Shown: positions 1 through 12,892 of the stretch, one piece after another | Position numbering within the stretch: the first letter of the stretch is position 1 | Layout: every line of letters starts with the position of its first letter | Origin: Mobula hypostoma | Taxonomy: Eukaryota | Length of the DNA stretch: 64,000 nt | NCBI RefSeq assembly: GCF_963921235.1 | Contig: NC_086097.1 | Span: 50,346,001 to 50,410,000 of the forward strand | Reading direction: 5' to 3' | Notes under the pieces: generated by a model | Told to the model about the DNA's origin: nothing | What the model saw: only the letters and a program-made list of their open reading frames with translations | Databases searched by the model: none | Position numbers and translations under genes: made by a program

Positions 1-56
1 TGTATAGAACATTGAACTCTACAGCCCAGTGCGGTCCTTTTGCCCACAATAGTGAT

Positions 57-285
57 GACACAGTAGCGTAGTGGTTAGCACCATGCCTTACAGTTTGTAC
101 GTTCTCCCCGCGACTGCGTGGGTTTCCTTTGGGTTCTCTGGCTTCCTCCCACTGTCCAGGGACATACCGGTCGGTGGGCGTGGTTGGTCACTGTAGCTTG
201 TCCTGTGATTAGGCTAAGATTGGGTCCGAGGTTGCTGGGTGATGCAGCTGGAGGGGCCTATTTCACACTGTATCTCAGAAAAAAC
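57..285 (+). mobile_element. tRNA-derived V-SINE (HE1-like), internally deleted
   Basis: A-box-like start (TAGCGTAGTGGTTAGCA), V-domain text (TTTGTACGTTCTCCCCGCGACTGCGTGGGTTTCC...GGCTTCCTCCCAC), CR1-like tail (GGGCCTATTTCACACTGTATCTC) and an A run. Confidence 0.75.
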
Positions 286-466
286 AATTGTACTGATCTT
301 TTAACCTACTCTGAGATCTAAATCTCCCTTTGCTGCCCACTTTTATTTTGTTGCTGCTTGTGTTCTGTACTGTCCTGCCAAGCATTACGGGCATCCTATG
401 TTGGTGCCGGAAGGAGTGGCGACACTTGCGAGGAAAATTGGCTGTTAACACAAACTCTTTGTGAAT

Positions 467-1425
467 TTTTATAAATGACCTGGATGAGGAAGTGGAGAGA
501 TGGGTTAGTAAGTTTGCTGATGACACAAAGGTTGGAGGTGTTGTGGATAGTGTGGAGGGCTGTCAGAGGTTACAGCGGGACATTGATAGGATGCAAAACT
601 GGGCTGAGAAGTGGCAGATGGAGTTCCACCCAGATAAGTGTGAGGTGGCTCATTTTGGTAGGTCAAATATGATGGCAGAATATAGTATTAATGGTAAGAC
701 TCTTGGCAGTGTGGAGGATCAGAGGGATCTTGGGGTCCGAGTCCATAGGACACTCAAAGCTGCTGCACAGGTTGACTCTGTGGTTAAGAAGGCATACGGT
801 GCATTGGCCTTCATCAATCGTGGGATTGAGTTTAGGAGCCGAGAGGTAATGTTGCAGCTATATAGGACCCTGATCAGACCCCACTTGGAGTACTGTGCTC
901 AGTTCTGGTTGCCTCACTACAGGAAGGACGTGGAAACCATAGAAAGTGTGTAGAGGAGATTTACAAGGATGTTGCCTGGATTAGGGAGCATGCCTTATGA
1001 TAATAGGTCGAGTGAACTCAGCCTTTTCTCCTTGGAGCAATGGAGGATGAGAGGTGACTTGATAGAGATGTACAAGATAATGAGAGGCATTGATTGTATG
1101 GATAGTCAGAGGCTTTTTCCCAGGGCTGAAATGGCTAGTATGAGCAGGCATAGTTTTAAGGTGCTTGGAAGTAGGTGCAGAGGAAATGTCAGGGGTAAGT
1201 TTTTTTACACAGAGAGTGATGAGTGCGTGGAATGGGCTGCCAGCGGCAGCAGTGGAGGTGGAAATGATAGGGTCTTTTAAGAGACTCCTGGATGGATACA
1301 TGGAGCTTAGAAAAATAGAGGGCTATGGGTAAGCCTAGGTAATTCTAAGGTAAGGACATATTCGGCATGGCTTTGTGGTCCAAAGGGCCTGTATTGTGCT
1401 GTAGGTTTTCTGTATTTCTATGTAA
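467..1425 (+). mobile_element. 5'-truncated CR1 LINE (RT C-terminus and 3' UTR), pseudogenised
   Basis: ORFs 492-953 (SKFADDTK...RPHLEYCAQFW) and 969-1280. Ends in the CR1 tail GGGCCTGTATTGTGCTGTAGGTTTTCTGTATTTCTATGT. Confidence 0.92.
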
Positions 1426-2829
1426 ATAACTTTAGTGTGTTGTACACGTCACATAATGTAGCCAGAGGATGCAAGCAGTGAAGGGAATAATTGCCCAGGA
1501 TATGGATGAGGTGACAATCAAGTGATTGCTTTGTTTTGGAATGTTGCTGAGCTCTTCTGAGTGTTGTTGGAACTGTACTTATCTTGACAACTGGAGCATC
1601 TGTTATCATGCTCCTGCTTTGTAAATGGTGGAAAGTGAATGGCAGGAGTTTAAATCACTTGCAGGATACCTGGTTCTTGACTTCCTGCTTTTACCAGAAT
1701 ATTTGTGGCTGGTCCAGCTGAGGGTGTGATTAACTTCCTGCATGTTGATGGTGGGAAGGTTGTGATGACACTGCCATTGAAGATGTGTTTGAATGTCATG
1801 AGGGTCTTGGATGCTTCATTTTCTGAGGAAGTGCAAAAGCAAATGTATCACTCCAGATGATATGTTTAATAACAGTACTGTTGACAAGGCTGCAGAGTTT
1901 AACCTCCACTGTAGTGGAATTGCTTTGCTCTGACTGTTGTTGTTTGGTGCTATGCTAGGTTATTTCCATTGCAGACTGACACCTCATTTGTTTAGACACA
2001 CCTGCAGGTGCTTTTGACATGTCATTGTGTACTCCTCTTAGATCTACAGTTGATCTGCTCCCTTGATGGTGATGGATATTCTAGGTAAAGAGGTGGTATT
2101 AACAGCTGGTGCAGTATTAAGCAATTGTGATGTGTAGTAGGAACATCCTCTCAGACAAAAGGATGGATTTCAACATTAAATTGTTTTATCAAAGTGTATA
2201 TATACACATATGTCACCAGAAACCACCCTGAGATTCATTTTCTCGTGGGCATACTCAGCAAATCTTATAGAATATTAGCTATTAACAGGGTCAATGAAAG
2301 ATCAACCAGAGTGCAGAAGACAACAAACTATTTGATCACTAGATTAAAAACTGTGTCAAGGGCTGGAGATGATAGTTGTACTCCTACTATTTAGTTGAAG
2401 GAAATTTATTTTCATCCAGTTTTCTACTAAACAAGCAAATTGGTAAATGAACCAGGGTTGGGAGAAAGCTCAGGTATAGTTTGCCTTGTACATACATGTA
2501 TAACCTGGCATATTCAAATATGACCAATGCACAAATGAAAAAATATGAAATTGCAAATACTGTCAATTTGTAAGAATATACATTGGACATTCAATGCCCA
2601 TCTGAGTAAGTGTATTGGAGTGATTAGATAGGGTAAAAAAACAACTAGGGCTGGTCAGGATTCATGGGCACCTAAAGAGTACCAATTGTGAAGTTCAGAT
2701 GGTAAAACTTAATTATAGACCTGTTCAGGATTTGTTCTAACAAACAAATTAAACATGTCTTTCACACTTTCTACTCAAGGGTAATATCTACGCTCATAAC
2801 GTAATTGAGAACTGTGTGTGGACTTGCAG

Positions 2830-2988
2830 TTAAGCAAGCAGTGTGAGCTGGCTCCAAAACTTACCTGGAGCTTTCAGCAACTATTACGGCACAGCCAGCC
2901 TGACAAGGCTTTTAAGGAATACACATCAACCTTATGGTATGATACAGCACAAGGTCATCTCACAAAAGCAAGCTGCAAGAGCCGCTGA
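2830..2988 (+). CDS. Possible terminal coding exon of a convergent neighbouring gene (unidentified)
   Basis: TTGCAG acceptor at 2824-2829, then 52 open codons (LSKQCELAPKLTWSFQQLLRHSQPDKAFKEYTSTLWYDTAQGHLTKASCKSR*) in non-repeat DNA, with AATAAA at 3401-3406. The polypyrimidine tract is weak and no homology was recognised. Confidence 0.25.
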   Translation, partial: LSKQCELAPKLTWSFQQLLRHSQPDKAFKEYTSTLWYDTAQGHLTKASCKSR

Positions 2989-3390
2989 GCCTTTCAGACA
3001 GGATTCTGCATGTCCCAAATAAGGCAGCTTTGAAACAATTTGTCTGAGCAAAACATAGCTAGTCTAGATCTCACCCTTCTGTGGTAATCATATCTATTAA
3101 TACTGGTTTACTCAGTCCCCACTGTTGTATGTTTGCCAGAGTAGGCATTTGTTTCTTTTCACAGGGCAGTTTAGCAATGCATGATCTCGATCTATGTCCA
3201 GTGTCTAACTCATTGTTCACTCTTTAGTCTGTGACTGTGCTGTACAGTCATTTCATTGCAAGTGTGGGCTTGTTTGTGGATATTTGTACTGGGCCCGAGG
3301 AAATGGATTTCGTGAACTCACTATTGCATTCAGAACTGGATGTTGCTCCTTAACTAAATGTGTAAAATGTTGGTGAGTTAAACTTCATCC

Positions 3391-6300
3391 TTTATTTTTC
3401 AATAAACATACAACTACTATTTAATGATTTACCGGAACTTTATTTTCAACATGGAAAGAAAATGTAAATGTTTAAATATAACCCACTTGTTACAAACATA
3501 CTGCAATAGTAGTAAATAGAGACATCACTTTGAAATTTCTAAATCATTCAAAATTACTTATTTTAAAAATAGAAATAGAATACTAAGTATACTATGCATG
3601 TTTGAGAAAATAAATTCTATTATACCATGGTTAATCTCAGTGCTGAAATGAGTATTAACCAACTAAAATAATACCAACTGAAATTCAAGTTGCATTAGTT
3701 ATAGAATTGGCCTTGTCCTTTTAATTTCAAGATTTGTTATGAAATATAGTATCTTTAATAGTGAAAATATAAATAGCAAATTTGTCTCCTTCATAGATAA
3801 CTTGACAGATGCTGTTAATTTAATCAAACCATTACTGATAATATTTCACCAAAACAATGGTTTGAACTAATCTGGAACTTTCTGTTGAACATGCACAAAA
3901 TCAGAGGGAGATAGTACCATACAAGGTCAGTTGTGGAGGTTGTTTCAAGTACCTCAGGAAACTGAAAGTTGTCACTTCCTGAGGATGTATTGTCATAACT
4001 CCTACAGACTTCCTTTCAATAGAAAATTCATTAATGGATTATAACTGTCACAGGTTAGATAGCTGAGCATTCATCAGTTTCCTTTTTCCAAAAGTTTAAT
4101 TTGTTAAAACTTTACTTCTGGGAAAAAAATTATTTAAATGCTGCTGTGCAGTAAAACATTGATCAAAATCTAAGTTAGTAAGGGACCAAAAAGTGACTGT
4201 TCCCTAAACTCACTAAAAGTAGATCTTAATGGTTTCACAATCTAAAACAAACTAATATTTTTCACAGGTCTTAAATTTAAATATTTGGGATTAAGTGTTG
4301 AAACCAACTATAGAATGGGTAACTAATGAAAATAGAATAATTCCAAAAATCAAATACAATGCAACCTAACATACACTTAGTATCAAAGTGCATTACTAAA
4401 ATATACATGTCTAGAAACTTGAAACCAAATGAACCATATAGGAACCACATTTCGTTTAACATTATACAAGAAATTAAACAATTTATTGCACACCCAAATA
4501 TTCTAGAAGTGGAGATTTCATAATGCACTTGGCATGAATAGGCCACTGAAGTTTTGGCCTACATATTAATAAGGGATTTGTGCACAATTTCACAACTTTC
4601 ACAAACTCAAGTTCTAAATTTCTAGTCCAGCCCCATAAAGATCAATTGTAACAAAGTGGAACTGGGGATAGGAAGGGGGCGGGGGGGGGGGAGCAAAAAA
4701 AGTCTTTCTCGATTAAATTACAAACTTTGTAAATTACATTAAGGAACTGTATATATACACTGTACAAGATCACATGTCCTTAATACCGAAAGGAACAAAT
4801 CTGCATCTAAATGAAATGAAAAATTGAGACAGGTACTTAACAGCCAAATGTACAATTTAATGGACTAGCAATTTTCTGTAGGAAAATTAACAAAAAAAAC
4901 AGGCTACACTAAATAGTTTTTAGGAGAAGATTGAAATAAAATGTTTAACAATTCCAATTGCAGGTGATCATCTAAACCTCATGCAGGAAGGGTTGACTTA
5001 CAACCTAGTCTGACATGCCAGTGCAAGATCACAATTGCCTTCCACTAAATGTTCTTGCACAAATGACATTTCTGATTATCTAAACATCAAACTGCTTATC
5101 AGCCACTTATCACATAACATAATGCAACTCAAATGTTATCAGCAATATGCCACTCATTTCATATAGAACTTTAGAAAGCACCTGTGGCATTGAAACATAG
5201 CACTTCCCATCTTGCCTAAATTCACTATTGCTCTCATTCCATTAACAGTGCAAGAGAAGGTTATCCAGAATGCATGAGATAGGACATACTAACAAAATTG
5301 CAAAATTATAGTACTGTATTGAAAGAATAATAGAATCACATGTCAAATACTCTCCTTGAGAAAGAAGTCCCCAATTTCTCAGCAACTAAGAAACTTGAAT
5401 TTATAGAGTGCCTTTCTCACAAACTTGAAGCATATATTTTAAAATGTAGGGTAGTTTTGCATTAGTAATCGTACAAAAGAGACATAGCACAGCTGATTTA
5501 TGCTGAGCAAGAGATGAGCAAGTTTTTAAAAAATAATTTGGGTCTAAAGATATGGCAGTCAGAATACTAGCATAACTGTCCTGTCAGCCTTTGGAGAGGA
5601 TCAAGTTGACTGAAAAGGGCAGATAAGGTGAAGAACAGACAAAGTGAAAAACAACGGTATTTTAGTATTCAATGGAAAACACTACTTTCATTGAATTAGT
5701 TTGAGAAATGCACGCACAGTCATATACAAATTATGTTTTGCATAATTCAGTAGTTTTGTGCTTTGCACTGTACCTCAGTCCATGTGGCAAGAATAAACCA
5801 ATTCCAATCCATTTGTTTATGTTGCTTAACAAAAGATAACAATAAGACTGACATTTTGTCCAAATGCTACATGCTGTTCATAGCCTAGATTTACATCTTA
5901 CCCGAAAAACAGAAACTGCCAATGAAGCTGTCTCTCCATTAGAACAGCAAACAGTAAACCTAGATTGTGCTCAACTCTGTAGAAGTTTGGATTTTTCCAC
6001 AATATATTAAATTATAAGGCCACTACTTCCAACTTATACATATTATTACTAAGCAATGCAATGTAAATGTGGTAACATTTTCTGGAAATGTTTAGTTGCT
6101 TAAGGGTATGAATAACTTGATACATTTCAAACTTTATTTTACATTAACTATCATCTTCTTCCCATTTGGAGCATGGCAGTGAGTCCAAGTCATAAATATG
6201 TTCATATCAATGGTACAAATCATTAGAAGGCATTAGTTTAAAAGCAGATACAAGATTAGCAAATATTCAACATGATCATTTATGTAGTTGCATTGCTCTG

Positions 6301-7126
6301 GATAAATTAAAAAAAAAGCTTTTCTCACAAACATTTTAAAATTAAAAATCCAAAAGGTCTATCTGCTCATGTACAGCATATTTATCTTTAACAAAGCTTT
6401 ATTGTTAGATCTTGGAAGAGGTAGTGTAAACCAAATCCAACAGCAAAGCATGTCAGACTCGAAATAAAGACCAAACAAGACACACGAACACTGATATTTA
6501 GAGTATAAAATTCTAAAAAAATAAATAGCTTAGATGTCATATAAAACATTCCTGTAACCTTTTGATAAAGGTGCCTTTGTTGGTATAGTAATACCCTATT
6601 TAAAAACCCTTCGGGGAAGTAACAAGTTATGTGCTCCAGTTGAATAAATACGCTCATCAAAATGATTTCAGAGTAGTAGTTCCTCCCACACTTTGGATAT
6701 AGACAGTAAACTGTCAATAGGTGGGCAGAAACAAAACATTTGTCCCCATTTAAAACTTATTGAATTAATATTCTGTCTTATGGAAATACATTAATTTCAT
6801 AAAAACAATCTTATTCCTTTAAAAAATAACCCAAGTGGTTAAGTTATGGCCACATTTCTGGATTGCAAATCAGAAGTTGTCAACAGTAGCATACATTTCA
6901 CCTTCTGAAGTTCCATATGCTAATTGCTTAGGTGTTCCCTGTAGTCTTTTGATTACAAGGTTTTTATGTTAAAGTAATTGAAGTTTGTACTATTTACACT
7001 TTAAGATGAAAAGACTGAATTGTAGTTTGCTAAAATGGTGGCTTTTTCCATTAATATTGATGCAGATAAAGCCATTTTAAATAATAAGGAAGACAAGCAC
7101 CCAAAATTCTGAAGCATTCCTATAAG
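3391..7126 (-). other. Probable long 3' UTR of the SERTA-domain gene
   Basis: About 3.7 kb of AT-rich DNA with no recognisable TE, directly downstream of the stop codon. Minus-strand AATAAA at 4482-4487, 3439-3444 and 3391-3396. The true 3' end cannot be determined from sequence alone. Confidence 0.55.
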
Positions 7127-7963
7127 TTAAGATCCTACAAGAATCTCCATGATGTGGTCCAGATCACTTAAGTCTACTCGACAAATCTGAATGGTATTCA
7201 CTGATGTTGAATTGCATAACTGAAAGGGTTTTGGAACATCATCCACAATAGCTGGTGGCGATCTAACGGACGTTGATGGAAGCAAACACAAATCAGAGTC
7301 ATACATGGATGTGTCAATGTCTTCAAATATGTCATCAAAAGCAAGGTCTGTTAGATAACTCGTTGAATTGCTGATTTCAAAAGAGCCAAATACAGTTTCC
7401 ACAGGCCGAGTTTCTTGAGTACGGTCTTCAAAAGGCAAATGTACATATGCATCACTCTCATCTTCAGGTATTGGACAAGGAGACGGACTGATGTCTTCCA
7501 TGAAATCCAAGTCTTTGAGGATTGATGAAATGGCAGATGACATGTCATTATCTGAAACCAACACTAAAGAATTCTCTAACTGGCTCTCTGAAAAATCTGA
7601 AGAACCATTCAAATCTGGAGAGGTATTGAGTACAGATGATCCAGTTAATTCAATACCTCCTTGACATGGTATGTTTGTGTCTGGAATTGGATTTGGTCCA
7701 TTGCAACTGCTAGAGCTTTCATGACTACCCTCTTGTCTCATTTCCTCCTGAATTTGTCGTACAGTATTTGCTATGAGAACAGAACGATGCAAATTTGGTT
7801 CCACCAGCATTCTACAGCTCTGCAATTTGATGAGGCACATGTTAAGTACTAGCTGTCTCTGCAAGGTATACGGCAGCCCTGGATTAGAATCAAAGGCACC
7901 AGGAAGACCAGCCATGTTCTCTTCGTAATCACTAAGTTTGCGCTTCAGTCCTTTAGCCAACAT
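7127..7963 (-). CDS. SERTA domain-containing protein, CDCA4/SERTAD2 (TRIP-Br) family; SERTAD2-like paralogue, 278 aa
   Basis: N-terminal MLAKGLKRK motif, SERTA domain (YTLQRQLVLNMCLIKL...EPNLHRSVLIANTVRQIQEEM), acidic DDIFEDIDTSMYD motif and C-terminal DLSDLDHIMEILVGS. Single coding exon, as in this family. Orthology (CDCA4, SERTAD2 or a third paralogue) was not resolved by eye. Confidence 0.95.
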   Translation of the reverse strand: MLAKGLKRKLSDYEENMAGLPGAFDSNPGLPYTLQRQLVLNMCLIKLQSCRMLVEPNLHRSVLIANTVRQIQEEMRQEGSHESSSSCNGPNPIPDTNIPCQGGIELTGSSVLNTSPDLNGSSDFSESQLENSLVLVSDNDMSSAISSILKDLDFMEDISPSPCPIPEDESDAYVHLPFEDRTQETRPVETVFGSFEISNSTSYLTDLAFDDIFEDIDTSMYDSDLCLLPSTSVRSPPAIVDDVPKPFQLCNSTSVNTIQICRVDLSDLDHIMEILVGS

Positions 7964-7967
7964 GAAT

Positions 7968-8000
7968 CTGGAATAAAGAGGAAAAAGGAAAAATTGAATA
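7968..8000 (-). other. 3' splice acceptor of the coding exon
   Basis: Minus strand reads ...TTTTTCCTTTTTCCTCTTTATTCCAG|ATTCATG: strong polypyrimidine tract, CAG at 7970-7968, exon starting 4 nt before the ATG. Confidence 0.9.
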
Positions 8001-8089
8001 TTTTAATAATTTTTGGCTATTTTACAGCTCTGAAAGAAAACCATTACCAATATTGAACACATTTGATGTTTAAAAACTGAAACAATGAA

Positions 8090-10680
8090 GCTCAAGCTGG
8101 ATACAGACTCAGATTCACCTACCTTCCTTTAATTCATAACCCTTAATTCACCTAGTATGCAAAATCTATCTGCGTCTTAAAAGTACTTAATGAGGTAGTC
8201 TCCATTGCTTCCCTCGGAAGAGAATTCCACAGATTTATTGCCCTCAGGAAAAAGCAGCTTATCCTCATTTATGTCCTAGATCTAGTCCCCTGAATCTTAA
8301 GGCTATATGCCCTTGTTCTAGTCTCACTCACCAGTGGACACAACTTTCCTGCCTCATCTTTCTATCCCTTTCACAAGTTTATATGTTTCTAGAAGTTCCC
8401 CTCTCATTGTTCAGAATTCTAGTGTGTATAGTCTCAGATCACTCATTCTTTCCTCGCAAGTTAACCTCCTCAAATCTAGATTCAACCTGGTGACTCTTCT
8501 GTACTTTCTCCAAAAACAGGTTTTCTTCCTCAAGTAAGGAGATCAAAACTGCACACAGTACTCCAGGTGCAGCCTCACCAGTACCTTGTACAATTGCAGC
8601 ATAACCTCCCTGCTCTAAAATTCAAAACCTTTAGCAATTAATGCCAACATTTAATTTACCTTCTTGATGACTGTTGGACCTGCAAATCCTATTTGCCCAT
8701 GTACCTCTCTACTTTCTTGTAACCAAGTATCTCCCAAACATTTTCTAAACATTGTAGTTGTATCTGCTTCCACCATCTTCCTTGGAAACTTATTCCAGAT
8801 ATCCATCACCCCATGTGTGGGGGAAAAAATGCCCCTGACATTTATTCCAATCTCTTCCCATCTCATCTTAAACCTATGCCCTCTAGGTGTAAACGGCCCT
8901 ACTCCAGGAAAACAATTCTGACCATCAGAGCCCCTCAATTTTTTAAACTTCGTTAAGACAGAAGGTAGTGGTTGAAAGGTTTTATTTGAGCTAGAAGACT
9001 GCAATTAGTGGTATTCCTCAGGGGTCTGTGCTGGGAGCTCTGCTGTTTGTAGTGTATATGAATGACCTGGATGAATGTAAAATAGGTGGGTTAAGTAAGT
9101 TTATGGATGACACCAAGACTGACGAAGCTGTGGACAGTGTAGAAGATTGGCAAAGAATACAGTGCGATATAGATCAGTTGCAGATGGAGTTTAACCCAGA
9201 TAAATGTGAGGTATTGCACCTCAGTAGGGCAAATGCAAGGAGACAGTATACTGTTATGGGAAAGATCCTCAGTGTTGCTGAGCAGATACTATTAGATAGT
9301 TCCTTGTTCATAGCTCATTGAAGGTGGCTACACAGATCAATAAGGTGATTAAGAAGGCTTATGGAATGCTTGATTTTATTAGTTGAGGTATTGAGTTCAA
9401 AAGTCAAGAGGTTATGTTGCAACTTTATAAAACTCTGGTTAGGCCATATCTGGAGTACTGCATACAGTTCAGGTCGCTCCACTATAGGAAAGATGTTGAG
9501 GCTTTGCAGAGGCTGCAGAAAAGGTTTACCAGGATATTGTCAGGTTTAGAGGGCATGTGTTATCATGAGAGGCTGGATAAACTTAGGTCATTTTCTCTGA
9601 GTAGTGGAGGACAAGGGGAGATCTGATGGAGGTTTATAAGATTAGGAGAGGCATAGATAGAGTGACAGAGAGTATCTGTTTCCCAGAGTAGAAATGTCAA
9701 TACTAGAGGGCAAGCATTAGAGGTGGGGGAGTTCAAGGTGGATGTGAGGGGTGAGTGGTGGATGCCTGGAATGCACTGCCTGGTATGGTGGTAGACACAA
9801 ACACATCAGAGGTTTTTAAGAGATATTTGAATAGACACATGGATTCAAGGAAGACGGAGGGATAGTAGGTCGGAGGGATTAGTGTCTGGGTGTTTTTGAT
9901 TTGCTGTTTAGCTGGTTCAGCACAACACTGTGGGCCAAACAGCCTGTTCTTGTGCTGTACTGTTCCATAGTCCAAGTCATTCCACAGCCTCTGCTGTTCC
10001 AATGAGAAACAAATCCAGCTTATTTAAATCACTTATGACAACAGCCTTCCATTCCTAGCAACATCCTGGTTAATCTCTTCTGTATTCTGACTATTGCTTC
10101 CACTGTACTACATGTGTAGTGACTAGAACTATACATAATACTCTAAGAATGGTCCAACTAATGTTTTGTACAGCTGCAACATTATGTCCCAATTCAGTTA
10201 CATAGTGCCTTGCTCTATGAAAGCAAGTCCTCATTGCTCATCATCCTATCTTGCCATTTTCCATGCCCTTTGAATTTGCACCCCAAGATCCCTCTCCAAA
10301 TCAATGCTCCCAAGGTACCAGCCATTTACTCTGTCCTCTAAACCTGACAATATCCCTGTAAACCTTTTCTGCAGCCTCTCCAAAGCCTCAACATCTTTCC
10401 TACAGAGAGGCGACCAGAACTGTATGCAATACTCCAGGTGTGGCCTAACCAGAGATTGATAAATTTCAACATAACCTCTTAACTTTTGAACTCAATGCCT
10501 CAGAATTTGACCTCCCAATGTTTATTGCCTCACACTCATCTGGATTTAATTCAATCTTCATCACTCTGCAAAACATTGCTGTGTTGTATCCTTGGACAAC
10601 ACTCCTTGCTATCCAAGACTCCTGCAATTTTCATATCATCTATAAACAACTAATCCTTCTCATCCTAGCCATTTCTATAA
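8090..10680. mobile_element. Cluster of degenerate CR1 LINE fragments (minus ~8090-8950, plus ~8955-9970, minus ~9980-10680)
   Basis: ORF remnants YMNDLDE...SKFMDDTK, MLQLYKTLVRPYLEYCIQF and RGHRFKMR, plus CR1 3' tails. Confidence 0.85.
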
Positions 10681-12389
10681 TATGATAATATTCTGTAATA
10701 TGACTGATCCCAAATAGATGCTACAAACAAACTTTTCAAATGAGATTGTATCAACCAAATGTTTCACTAGTGAAACAGAGGCACAGGCAATAAATTAACC
10801 TATTGCATTGATCAATGATCAATTTGTGATAAGTCTGTTTTATATACAAAAACTGTATTTGTTGAATGATCCAAAAATTCTTAATTGGATAAGATTTCAC
10901 ACTTGCTTAGGTGGCAGTTCAAGAAAGAAAAAGTGTTCTAACCAAGGTGAGCCACAGCTAGCTGAAACAATTTACAATCAAGATGAAAAATGCACTCAAA
11001 ATGGAGTTAGCCCCTCAGAAGTGAAACTTAAGGTCAATTTTCCATTTAACTGAATTTCCATGTTACTAAATGCAAATCATTTCTAAGCCAATTTTCATCA
11101 CAGAACATATTTTTATCATTAATTATGTAGCATCACAGATTTTTTTTGCATTGGAGATATTACTTTAGAGTAGGAACCTAATAAAAGTTTTATTCACATT
11201 AGTTATCACAAATAAAGTTGTTTAAATCAACAAATAATCCCCATGTACACAAAATTTTAAAGTGCACTATCCATCTGCCTGCTGGATTCATAATGTCTAG
11301 ACCAATCAATTTCACAGAAACTTGAAGGAAGATTTAAATGGTGTCTATTAGCACCTTATGTGCATGTATATATTATATATATTTATTTTTATTTATTTTA
11401 TTAAATGATTTGAGGTCCATAAATGGGTACAGTTAACTGAGGCTCACCATGGTGATTAATTTGCTCTAGGGACCTGGCCAGTTCTGTGAACCAAGCTAGC
11501 TTTCAGCCTGATGATTTTGTTTTATAAAATCAATTTGCACTGGGTGCAATTTGCACTTAAATTATTCAAATCATTTACATTAGTTTGGCTGCCTTTGAGT
11601 CGATGGTGTTAGAGGAAAATTAGCAGAAAGCCTGGGAATGAGAGCCTAATATTAATGGCACACTTTAAAAAAGAGAAAGAATGATGACATTATTTCAACC
11701 CCCTGTCAATATAGCATTTGAAACACAGCTGAATCTAAAAGATTACTAGATGGATTCTAAACTGAACGTTGGTATTGGTTCTGGACAGTACAAAGGTGCA
11801 CCCAGCTCCTCGAAGACCCACTCAGAGTCACCCATACAAAATCCTCCTAAATGGGGATTTTGATCATTTAGGAAAGCCATCCCAGAATTCAGGAAATCCT
11901 ACATTTCATGTAATGTCCCAGGCTGCACCATGCTGATCCTTCCAGCAGCAGGGTAGACTGCCAGAGGCAGATGCACTACAGTACAGTTGGGAGAGAATGC
12001 AGAGGTACCTAGGTAGGTTATATCCCAAAGCAGAAACAAATCCAACGTACCACTTAGCACTGTATCAATCCATTCTCAGATTTCTGCTGAGTAATGCAAG
12101 ATCATTGACAGTGCTAGGCATTTACTTGAACAATAACCTCAGCAATTTCATTTCTCCTAAAACACTGTATTCCAGTCCTTACCGTGACCATTGAAAAAAA
12201 AAGACTAATTTCCTCAGAAGTGATTTAACAGCCTTAGCATTTAACCAAATATGGCCTGAAGGAAACCTCAAATTGTATAATTATGATTGTTAATCCCATT
12301 CAGGCCAGACCTAGGACACATACAAAATGCTGTATGCATAGCCATCCTTGGCTGAATCAAGGACCTTCTGTCTGAGAATGAGAAATGGG

Positions 12390-12892
12390 TAAATGAGTCC
12401 CTATTGGAGAGGGTGCAGAGGAGATTCCTGAGAATGATTCTGTCAATGAAAGGGTTAACATATGAGGAGTGTTTAATAGCTAGACTCACTGGAGCTTAGA
12501 AGAAAGAGCGGAGATCTCATTGAAACCTTTGGAATATTGAAAGATCTAGATACAGTGGATGTAGGAGGGATGTTTCCTACAGTGGGTGAGTCTTTGACCA
12601 GAAGGGGCAGCCTCAGAATAAAGGGACGTCCATTTAGAACAGAGATAAGGGGTTTCTTTAGCCAAAAGGTGGTGCATCTGTGGAATTCATTGCCACAGAC
12701 AGCTGTGGAAGCCATCATTGTGTATATTTAAAATGTAGGTTGGTAAGATTTTATTTACTCAGAGCAAAGGTTACAGGGAAATGGCCAGAGAATGAGGTTG
12801 AGAGGACTAATAAATCAGCCATGATGGAATGGTGGAGCAGGCTCAATGGGCCGAATGGTTTGAGTGCGCTCCTATGTCTTATGGTGTCATGG
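12390..12892 (+). mobile_element. CR1 3' fragment
   Basis: ORF 12537-12731 (RGSLRIKGRPFRTE...VHLWNSLPQ) and tail GGGCCGAATGG...CTCCTATGTCTTATGGT. Confidence 0.85.

Noticed and set aside
57..95. tRNA gene
   Set aside because: Only an A-box-like SINE head; no cloverleaf or B box.
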